A DNA stretch of 64,000 bases from a virus. Location of the stretch: positions 57,042-121,041 of the IMG/VR virus record IMGVR_UViG_3300009503_000019, one strand, 5' to 3'. Positions 56,579 through 64,000 of the stretch are shown one piece after another. The notes under the pieces were generated by a model. The model was given only the letters and a program-made list of their open reading frames with translations, searched no databases and was not told where the DNA came from. Made by a program: the position numbers and the translations under genes. Each line of letters begins with the position of its first letter. Positions within the stretch are counted from its first letter, which is position 1.

Positions 56579-56938
56579 TTATGGTTTAAGTCTAATCTTT
56601 TTCTCTAATTTCTTCTGAGATATTTTTTGTTGCTCAGTTTTTGGACTTTGAAATATAGTCTTATCAATTGTTCCTTTTGGAGTTAATGGTAATTGTGAAA
56701 TAAGTTTTTTACTTAATTCTTTTCGACGTTCCGCTGTCATTTGAGTTTGGTCTCCATGTATAAAATTAGCTCTTACCTGACCAATAAGATTATTCACTGT
56801 ATCTGAAATTTCTTTTGTAGATATAGAAGATTGAGCGATTATTATTGATAATGATAATAAAAACTCATCTTCTCTTTTAAAATAATTAATTAAGAGGTTT
56901 TCTTCTATAGTTCCTGGATAAATCTCTCCACGTAACAT
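56579..56938 (-). CDS. Tail assembly chaperone, C-terminal (GT-like) part
   Basis: Frame is open back to the A9 slippery run of the upstream gene in the -1 frame. Confidence 0.65.
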   Translation of the reverse strand: MLRGEIYPGTIEENLLINYFKREDEFLLSLSIIIAQSSISTKEISDTVNNLIGQVRANFIHGDQTQMTAERRKELSKKLISQLPLTPKGTIDKTIFQSPKTEQQKISQKKLEKKIRLKP

Positions 56939-56974
56939 CTTCGGATAAAGATAAATATAGACTTTGTACCAGAA

Positions 56975-57001
56975 ATCTGGTATATCCGCTATTTTTTTTT
57001 A
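56975..57001 (-). promoter_or_regulatory. -1 programmed frameshift site
   Basis: ATT AAA AAA AAA TAG followed 6 nt later by hairpin TACCAG-ATTT-CTGGTA (56982-56967). Confidence 0.7.
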
Positions 57002-57387
57002 ATATCTTCTTTTAAAAGATTTTCACACTCAGTTCTAAAAGTCGTTACTAAGTCTATTAATTTATCCACTATAGGAACTGGTAAATTCTTTACTTTCTCA
57101 AATCTTGTATCAAATGCTAAATTAGACCAATCGTCATTGCCAAATTGTTTAATTGAATATGCTAAATATTTAAGCATATATTCATTCGCACTGATTGTAG
57201 TTGCAGGAGTTATTTCATTTAATTCTTTTGCAAGTAAACTTTGAAAAACTACAGTTAATCCAGAAGTTATTTTGTAAGTCTTCCATACTCTTTGTCTTAA
57301 TAACATCGATTCCAAAGACATATCTTCAGGAAGTTTTTCTTCCTGAATCGCCTTCTCTTCTTTTTTCTCTTTTGTTTCTTCCGTCAT
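56989..57387 (-). CDS. Tail assembly chaperone (G-like)
   Basis: 132 aa, AAGGAGG RBS, ends at a slippery run; LAYSIKQFG...LPVPIVDKL pattern. Confidence 0.65.
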   Translation of the reverse strand: MTEETKEKKEEKAIQEEKLPEDMSLESMLLRQRVWKTYKITSGLTVVFQSLLAKELNEITPATTISANEYMLKYLAYSIKQFGNDDWSNLAFDTRFEKVKNLPVPIVDKLIDLVTTFRTECENLLKEDIKKK

Positions 57388-57499
57388 TTTCTTCGTCCTC
57401 CTTCTCTTTTTTATCTTTAGGTTTAATAACTTTCACAACCAGCATATCTATTTCTTTTATTAATGCCATGGATGTAGTATAAAACAAAAAAAATAAAAA

Positions 57500-58700
57500 A
57501 TCAACGGGAGCTCTGAAAAAGTGAATAATTATAATTGAAGGTTTGATAATAATTTCGTTATTTAATAAAATATCAAGTATCATGATGATACGGTCAGCAA
57601 AATATAGTTTGAGATTTGCAACCATTAAGAAAAGAAGATTATTAGAAGAAACCTTTAAACTTTATAAAAACTATCTCCAGAAAACAATAAACTTAATGTG
57701 GGAAAGAAAAATACCTGTAAAAAAATTTGTGTCAACAAAAGATATTGACTGGATGGATAATCTGGGTGGACAATATAAACAGCTCATATATAAGCATGCT
57801 TCACAAATAGTAAGAAGTGTGAGAAGAAAGAAAAAGAAGAAGAAATCTAAATTTAAGATGAAAAAACCTGAAATTAAAAATCTAACTATATGTTTTGATG
57901 AAAAATTTGTTGAAATCTTACCATCAAACAATTCTTTTGATAGATGGATAAAAATAAGATTACCATTTATTAAAGAAGGCAGGAAAAGAGAGCGGATAGA
58001 AATTTTCATTCCATTAAAAGAACATAAACATAGTTTGAAATTCAAAAACTGGAATTTGAAAAAGACAATTGCAATAAACCTTGATAAAAACTGGATAGGT
58101 CTTATTTTTGAAAAAAAAGAACCGATGCCTAAAGAAGAAGGAAAAATAATTGGAATTGATATGGGATATAAAAATTTATTAATAACATCAGAAGGTCAAT
58201 TCATAGGTAAAGATTTTGATAAAATTTATGAAAAAATAGCAAGGAAAAAGCAGGGTAGTAAAGCATTTAAAAGAGCATTGATTGAGAGAGATAATAAAAT
58301 TAACTAATTGATAAATAAAGAGATCGATTGGAAATCGATAAAAATAATAAAAATTGAAAACCTAAAAAACCTTAAACATAAAATCAAGGGGCGTTTTAAG
58401 AGAGAATTTAATAATAAATATCAAAGATTTGTTTATAGGCAGGTTATTGACAAGCTGGAACGAAAGGCTCAGGAGGAAGCTGTGCGAATCCTGAGAGTTT
58501 CTCCAGCATATACGTCAATAACCTGTCCTGCTTGCCAGTTCAGGCACAAAAAAAACCGAGTTGCCGACCGCTTCAAGTGCTTGAACTGTGGCTATGTTAA
58601 TCATGCTGATGTTGTTGGTGCGATTAACATAGCCAATGGGGAGCCTATGGTCCCCCATGCAGAAAAAGCTCTTTTTCAGAGAGCACCATCAATGGGAGCT
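57500..58700 (+). mobile_element. Non-autonomous TnpB-only IS200/IS605- or IS607-like element
   Basis: tnpB without tnpA, bounded by ATCAA[C/T]GGGAGCT direct repeats and CTCTGAAAAAG inverted repeats; exact ends uncertain. Confidence 0.6.
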
Positions 58701-58766
58701 GGTGAGGACTCGAACCCCACGGGGCCTGGACGTTGCCCTTCTCCGGGGAAACTCCGGTTCCCCTGA
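57582..58766 (+). pseudogene. tnpB: TnpB RNA-guided nuclease interrupted by one in-frame TAA (58305-58307)
   Basis: RuvC-I IIGIDMGYK, RuvC-II IKIENLK, CPAC/CLNC Zn finger, RuvC-III HADVVGAINI; the two ORFs in the track are in the same frame. Confidence 0.85.
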
Positions 58767-58833
58767 CCCAAAGGAGCCCTCTCATCTTTGGGCTTGAGAG
58801 AAGGGTCGCCCCAATTCACCCTGCCCAGCTCCC
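58693..58833 (-). ncRNA. 141-nt oversized tRNA-like structured RNA of unknown class
   Basis: 64% GC by count; 9-bp GGGAGCUGG/CCAGCUCCC acceptor-like stem, UGGGG-UUCGAGU-CCUCA T-arm, AGGGU/ACCCU D-like arm, CUCUCA/UGAGAG anticodon-like arm, long structured variable region. Confidence 0.8.
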
Positions 58834-58842
58834 AGAGAGGGT

Positions 58843-59394
58843 TTAATCTACTAATTTATACCATTTGGTAGCATCGTCCCATTTTAATTTTTCTGTGGAG
58901 ATTGGATCGGCATATTTTAGTACATACGGAGAAGGAGGTATTGATATTTCAGCTTCTTCAAGGGGTTTTCTGGTTTTTGCAACCATTGCTTCAAGGCCTC
59001 CTACTTTAGCGAGGGCCAGCATGAATCTTTCATATTCTTCCCGTTTCTGCCAGTAAAAAGCAAAGAATCCATCCTCCTCTTTTCTAAGAAGAATTGTCAT
59101 AAGCGCTCCTGCGTAGATGATTCGCCCAGGTAGCACATAACCTAGTTTGAATTCTCGAACACGTTCTTTGAAATACCTTTCTGCAAGTGCATCTTCTATT
59201 TCTTCAATTGAATTGGATTTTACGAGAAATTGGCCTTGGGTCCCATACTTATAGCTTCCTGTAATCCCAACAAGAACTTCAGACTTCAATTCTGCACTAG
59301 GATCAGGGGTCTTGACGATTACTCCTAGATCTACTGCTCCTCTTTTACGAGTCCACGCATAAATTCTGAACAAAACTTTTCCAACTGTTACCAT
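58843..59394 (-). CDS. Hypothetical protein flanked by two T-loop RNAs
   Basis: 183 aa, AAAGGAGG RBS, visibly more GC-rich than neighbouring genes. Confidence 0.8.
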   Translation of the reverse strand: MVTVGKVLFRIYAWTRKRGAVDLGVIVKTPDPSAELKSEVLVGITGSYKYGTQGQFLVKSNSIEEIEDALAERYFKERVREFKLGYVLPGRIIYAGALMTILLRKEEDGFFAFYWQKREEYERFMLALAKVGGLEAMVAKTRKPLEEAEISIPPSPYVLKYADPISTEKLKWDDATKWYKLVD

Positions 59395-59408
59395 TTTTTC
59401 CTCCTTTC

Positions 59409-59444
59409 TGGATGATAGCGAGGATTCGAACCCCGCTTCATCCC
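59409..59444 (-). ncRNA. tRNA minihelix-like T-loop hairpin in the 5' leader
   Basis: GGAUGAAGCGGGG-UUCGAAU-CCUCGCU(A)UCAUCC-A: 13 bp with one bulge and a canonical T-loop. Confidence 0.7.
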
Positions 59445-59554
59445 AATTTTTATTTTATAGAAATTCCTTATAAATAATTTATAACAGAGATTTTATATAA
59501 ATTTTGAAAATCAAATTATTTGATTATTTTGATAATTTTTAATAAACTAAATTT

Positions 59555-62497
59555 ATGCCTGATGGAGACAGAGGAGATTATTTTTCATTTAGATTAGAAC
59601 CTGAACTTCAGAACACTGCCGAAATATTCCGTTCTGCTATTAATGATTTAAAAAATCAACTCACGTTATTAATGACTGATTTAAGTAGCACTATACGTCA
59701 ATCTTCAATGATAAATATGCAAACTAAAATGGTTATGTCTTATACACAGCCATTCCCACCAGTATCTACTCAATTACCTATAACTCAATTATTGCAAAGA
59801 TTAGAAGAAAGCCGAATGATGGAAATACAAGCAGTTCCTGCACAAACACTCCCAGGAAGGGCATGGCAATTTCTTCGTGCTATGACTCCTGTTCAACCTG
59901 TAGTACCGCCATTGATACCAACAATGGGAATAACTCCGCCTCCGGTAGACCAATTATCATATTCAGTTGCAAGAAATGTTGCACAGCAATCATTATATTG
60001 GCAGGTATATGGCGCACCCTGGACTGCAAGAGTAGCAACAAGAGCACTTCAATTTGGTGCGCAATTCGCAGAATTCGCTGGATTATTCCCATTAATATCT
60101 ACAATTGCAGGTCCCTTTACTATTCCATTAATGATAGGAAGTGCATTTATTCCGGGATTAAATCAATATATGTTTCCTCTTAGTTCTGCAATAAGTGAAA
60201 TGGTCGAAACAAGGAATTTTATTGCGAATCTTGGAATGCGGGTTCCAAGATTAGGAGTTGCAGGAGGAGTAGGATTCACCCCTGAAGAAATAACTCAGAT
60301 CAGAAGAGGTCTTACGGAAGTTCAACAAAGATTTCGTGATATTCCAGGTGCAGGACGGTATGGATTGGAATCAATAGCAAGAACATCTTTTGAAGCATTA
60401 GTTATGGCAGGCCAAATCAGTCCTGTTGCATCAGTTGCAGATATATTAAGATCCATAAATCAACTCACCAATGTTTTATACGACTTAGCAAGAAGATATG
60501 ACACTACAGTAGAAAAAATTTCACAAGCTCTTATAGAAATAAGAGGACAAGTACCAACAGCTAAGTTAGAAGATATTGGAGCAGCATTAAGAGCAGCTCA
60601 ACCTTTATCTATGCTTCCTGGAGTAACTATGTCTGATGTTATTCAAAATATAATTAGAGGAGGACAATTAGCGCCAACACTTCGTATTCCCGTTTCTACT
60701 GCAATGATGCTCGGTCAACAATTAGCAACTATTCGTTATGGATTACCTTTTTTCCGAGGAATTCAATATTCTCCTGAATTTGAACAATTATTGTTATCAA
60801 CATTCGTTGATCCTAGAATGAGATTCGCCTTATTAGGACAAATGCGAGGAGCGCGAGGAGATATTATGAATATGATGACTGCGGGGGCAGCTCCTATGGT
60901 TACTTCACCTGATGCATTTTTCAAATTTATGGCAACAAGTGATTTACAATTAAAAAATGTAACAACAAATGATTTAATAGATGTTCAAATGAATTTTTAT
61001 ACTCAAATGTTGAAAAATCTTGGAGGTTCAATATCACGAGATACCTTAGCAGGAATACTCAGAACATTTAATCCTAATGTAAGCGAAGAAGAAGCACGCA
61101 GATTAGCAGATAATTTTTTGTATGCACGTGAAATAGCTCCGATGGCTCAAGTATGGGCACGAGAACAACAAAAATTAAGAGAAGCTGCACGACAATATAG
61201 GATGGCTAGAATATTAAGTGGAGGTTCAATAGATATTGCGGCTCTTTTTCTAAGTCCAGAACGTGCAGCAGAATGGGCACAAGACGTCGCTTCTGGAGCT
61301 ACACAATTTTCAGACTGGATAAGAGCGGGCGAATCAGCAGTAAAAAGATTTTTCAGAGAAACAATTGCAGAACCTTATAAAGAGCTTGTAGCGGTAGAAA
61401 TTGAACCACGACTCGAACAAATTTCAAGTATAAAAACAAAAACAATTCAAAGAATTGCAGGACCATTACCATTTGAATATATGAGTAATATTCCAAGAGA
61501 GCACATCGCACTTGTACAACAATATGGTGCTCCTACTTTAGCACAAATATTTGCAGGTAGAGAGGACAAATTACGAATGCTTCTTGAACAGGCCAAAAAA
61601 TTAGGCATTCAAGCAGATGCTAGTACTGTAGCACGAAATTTCTATGTAGAATTGTTACAAAAAGAACGTCCTATTGAAGTAGGTCGTGAAGAAAAAGAAA
61701 AAATTGCATATGCTATTGAACGTTTAAGACAAGCTGGGAAATTAACTCGAGAAAACTTAATAAATATGTTGCGTACTTTTCAAATATTCAAAAATATGGA
61801 TGAGGCTACTTTAATAGGAAAAATATCTGGATACATCACGGTTTCTGGTGAAAAATTACCATTTCATTTAAGTCCTATTGATATAATAGAACAAGAATTA
61901 GTTAATAAAAAAGAAAAGGCAGCCGAACTTCTCGGATCTTTTGGAGAAAAACTTAGTGCTGCTTTGTTAGGAATGGAAGAAAAACCTTATATCAAATCTT
62001 TTGCAAGAGCAATAGAAAAGTTGGATAAAACAGATCAATATGCATTATTATTAGCTCTCGAATATCACGAACAAAATGATAAGAAAAAACAAGAATTCAT
62101 TAAATCTACAGCAAATGCATGGCGTGTGTCAGAAGAAGAAGTTAAAAAATTGATAGAATTAGGACAAAAAACTTTGAGTGAAACTTTTGGTCAAAATTGG
62201 CAATTTGCAGTTGCGGCTTATACTCAACTGCGTCCAGAAATTGGGCCTTTATTATTACGTAGAGGAACATATTTGGCTTATACAAGTTATTTAGCACCAG
62301 GAGCAGTATTAACTGGGACAACTGCACCTGAAAAAAAAGAAGAAGAAGAAAAAGCATCTAAAATGGTGGCGTGGCAGGATGTTCGTGATGCTGCGAATAA
62401 AGTTATTGAATCGTTGCAAACGTTCAGCAAATCTCTGGAACAAAAATTTAGTCGTACATCTGGATCCCACGAAGAGAAAAGCAGTGCGAAGAGATAA
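59555..62497 (+). CDS. Tape measure protein (putative)
   Basis: 980 aa Ala/Gln/Leu/Arg-rich helical protein without Cys, with a hydrophobic segment near residues 165-215, followed by hub-like genes. Confidence 0.65.
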   Translation: MPDGDRGDYFSFRLEPELQNTAEIFRSAINDLKNQLTLLMTDLSSTIRQSSMINMQTKMVMSYTQPFPPVSTQLPITQLLQRLEESRMMEIQAVPAQTLPGRAWQFLRAMTPVQPVVPPLIPTMGITPPPVDQLSYSVARNVAQQSLYWQVYGAPWTARVATRALQFGAQFAEFAGLFPLISTIAGPFTIPLMIGSAFIPGLNQYMFPLSSAISEMVETRNFIANLGMRVPRLGVAGGVGFTPEEITQIRRGLTEVQQRFRDIPGAGRYGLESIARTSFEALVMAGQISPVASVADILRSINQLTNVLYDLARRYDTTVEKISQALIEIRGQVPTAKLEDIGAALRAAQPLSMLPGVTMSDVIQNIIRGGQLAPTLRIPVSTAMMLGQQLATIRYGLPFFRGIQYSPEFEQLLLSTFVDPRMRFALLGQMRGARGDIMNMMTAGAAPMVTSPDAFFKFMATSDLQLKNVTTNDLIDVQMNFYTQMLKNLGGSISRDTLAGILRTFNPNVSEEEARRLADNFLYAREIAPMAQVWAREQQKLREAARQYRMARILSGGSIDIAALFLSPERAAEWAQDVASGATQFSDWIRAGESAVKRFFRETIAEPYKELVAVEIEPRLEQISSIKTKTIQRIAGPLPFEYMSNIPREHIALVQQYGAPTLAQIFAGREDKLRMLLEQAKKLGIQADASTVARNFYVELLQKERPIEVGREEKEKIAYAIERLRQAGKLTRENLINMLRTFQIFKNMDEATLIGKISGYITVSGEKLPFHLSPIDIIEQELVNKKEKAAELLGSFGEKLSAALLGMEEKPYIKSFARAIEKLDKTDQYALLLALEYHEQNDKKKQEFIKSTANAWRVSEEEVKKLIELGQKTLSETFGQNWQFAVAAYTQLRPEIGPLLLRRGTYLAYTSYLAPGAVLTGTTAPEKKEEEEKASKMVAWQDVRDAANKVIESLQTFSKSLEQKFSRTSGSHEEKSSAKR

Positions 62498-62539
62498 GCC
62501 GTGGAGGTATAGTATGGTACAAGAAATAAGGAGGAAAAA

Positions 62540-63559
62540 ATGCCACAAATAAGAGCTCCACAAGGACTTAGTGGTTTATTGTCAGCTTTTTTAAGTCTTT
62601 TTAAAAAAGATGAATCAAAACAAGCTATTAATACGGCAGCAATGAAACAAAAAATAACAGAATTCGAAAATATAAAAGAAGATGCACCGCCGAATCAAAG
62701 AACAGATAATCAAGGAAATGTTAAACCACCTTCTGTTGTTCAAGATCAAAAATCAATAGAAATAAAAATTTTTGATCCCTTAAAAGATTTAATAAATCAT
62801 CTTCAAAATGAAACGGCTAAATATACAACTAATTTAACAGATAGAGAACAACGTTTAAAGGAATTTAAAATGCGATTCAATTTGCCCCAGAATACTAAGT
62901 TTTGTTTCAAATTGGGAATAAGTCTTTATATTCCCAGTACAAAATCAGATTTTTCAATAGATACGGTAGTTCATATTTTATATAATGATTTTTTTGTAAA
63001 TTCTATATCAATTAATGCATCTGAATATATACAAGTCGTTCAAAGTTATGATGATGTATATTTTTTATTTCATGGACATGCGGCAGAAACAATTAATTTA
63101 AGTGGTTATTTAATTGAACCTTTTGGAACTATAGAAGGGGAAAATTATTATCACGGGCAACATTCTTTATTCACTCGTCTTTATTATTCAATTTTGTCTG
63201 GTTCTAGTTTAAATAATTTAATGAAACAATATGCTCCAGCTGAAGGAGAGAGTTTGACGAAACAATTATTGGCTATGGTAATTTTGGATTTAGGAAAAAG
63301 AACTATAATTGGGACTTTAGCTAATTTTTCATCTGGATTACATGTAGCATCTCAACATGTCTATTCATTTACATGTACATTTATTCCCTTTGGAGCAATA
63401 TCTATGGAATTTGGCGAAAGAATTGAATGGTTAATCAATTTACCAGTAAAAACAACAGAACCTATATGGAAATTACGAGATTTTCTTAGAAAGATTCTTC
63501 AACTTGAGCCTGAACTTGCATTAGAAGAAGATTCTATAAAAATAGGAGTAGCTAAATGA
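62540..63559 (+). CDS. Baseplate hub/tail tube initiator-like protein (putative)
   Basis: FFVNSISINASEYIQVVQSYD...FHG.AAETINLSGYL tube-like fold pattern; follows the tape measure. Confidence 0.5.
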   Translation: MPQIRAPQGLSGLLSAFLSLFKKDESKQAINTAAMKQKITEFENIKEDAPPNQRTDNQGNVKPPSVVQDQKSIEIKIFDPLKDLINHLQNETAKYTTNLTDREQRLKEFKMRFNLPQNTKFCFKLGISLYIPSTKSDFSIDTVVHILYNDFFVNSISINASEYIQVVQSYDDVYFLFHGHAAETINLSGYLIEPFGTIEGENYYHGQHSLFTRLYYSILSGSSLNNLMKQYAPAEGESLTKQLLAMVILDLGKRTIIGTLANFSSGLHVASQHVYSFTCTFIPFGAISMEFGERIEWLINLPVKTTEPIWKLRDFLRKILQLEPELALEEDSIKIGVAK

Positions 63560-64000
63560 TTCCGTATATAACATTCGAAGATTTTATTGTATTTTTAGAA
63601 GGAGTTCAAGTACCTGTTTCTAATATAGAACTTGCATTTGGACGAGGGTCTTCGATGTGTAGAATAGCTATTATGCCAAATACGATCTCAAAAAAAATAT
63701 ATCCTTTGACCAGAGTTCATGTTTTTTATAAATTTGAAAATCAATATCGATTATTATTTGATGGAAGAATAATAGATACCGGATATTTAAGAACTCCAGA
63801 AAGAATACAAACTCAATTAACTGCATCTGATTTTAGTTACTTTCTTGGACTCATTCCTATTTTCTTCTTCAGTTATGATACTTCTCATATGATGGAAGTA
63901 ATATTAGGTGGAAACATTATTCAAGCACCGTTTGGAAAAATAAATACTCAACTATTTCAATTAGTAACAGATGAAAATAAAAAACTTACTATTTATAAAA
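63556..64000 (+). CDS. Baseplate hub protein (gp27/late control D-like), 3'-truncated
   Basis: ATGA overlap; MIPYITFEDFIVFLEGVQVPV...YRLLFDGRII..., open to the window edge; absent from the ORF track. Confidence 0.6.
   Translation, partial: MIPYITFEDFIVFLEGVQVPVSNIELAFGRGSSMCRIAIMPNTISKKIYPLTRVHVFYKFENQYRLLFDGRIIDTGYLRTPERIQTQLTASDFSYFLGLIPIFFFSYDTSHMMEVILGGNIIQAPFGKINTQLFQLVTDENKKLTIYK

Noticed and set aside
57326-57625. 99-aa minus-strand ORF across the tnpB left end
   Set aside because: Overlaps tnpB and the chaperone start; its charged tail is explained by the chaperone RBS region; a shorter 57326..57469 version cannot be excluded but lacks an RBS
58305-58307. Stop-codon reassignment as an explanation of the split TnpB
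   Set aside because: TAA, TGA and TAG all terminate well-defined genes in this window and coding density is already high under the standard code
58693-58833. Interpretation as tmRNA, tRNA-Sec or TnpB omega RNA
   Set aside because: No G3-U70 pair or tag ORF and too short for tmRNA; no UCA anticodon; the T-loop and cloverleaf read only on the strand opposite tnpB and lie beyond the likely right end
1-64000. CRISPR array, rRNA, terminase, portal, prohead protease, RNA polymerase or Ku genes
   Set aside because: No regularly spaced repeats or recognisable motifs found; these genes may lie outside the window

Overview
Internal segment of a large, AT-rich (roughly 25-30% GC by eye) dsDNA tailed bacteriophage with a contractile tail. 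Coding is dense under the standard genetic code, with strong AAGGAGG ribosome-binding sites and sigma70-type promoters. The host is probably bacterial, diderm and thermophilic (inference). Left to right the window holds: (i) an array of paralogous small proteins with an acidic leader ending in K-x-A and a glycine-zipper/basic C-terminus; (ii) head decoration, major capsid, neck, sheath and tube genes; (iii) RNase HII, a LigD-type phosphoesterase-ligase, a PurD-like ATP-grasp enzyme and a zincin; (iv) a DNA methyltransferase and a lysis cassette; (v) a minus-strand recombination/replication block (radical SAM, Hjc-type resolvase, RecA, tRNA-Leu, SNF2, SSB, UDG-PolA fusion, primase, DnaB); (vi) tail fibre/spike and baseplate genes; (vii) a JAB + Ycf46-type AAA + DUF1257 + DUF2997 module; (viii) a LigD-type primase-polymerase; (ix) a tail chaperone pair joined by a -1 frameshift; (x) a nonsense-interrupted TnpB; (xi) tape measure and hub genes. 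The two strongest novelty candidates are the K-x-A leader protein family (a putative capsid-targeting/protease-maturation system) and a 141-nt, 64% GC oversized tRNA-like RNA co-transcribed with an unknown protein and a T-loop minihelix. Family assignments come from recognised motifs only; no database search was run. Several starts in the ORF track were corrected and five sub-60-aa ORFs were added.
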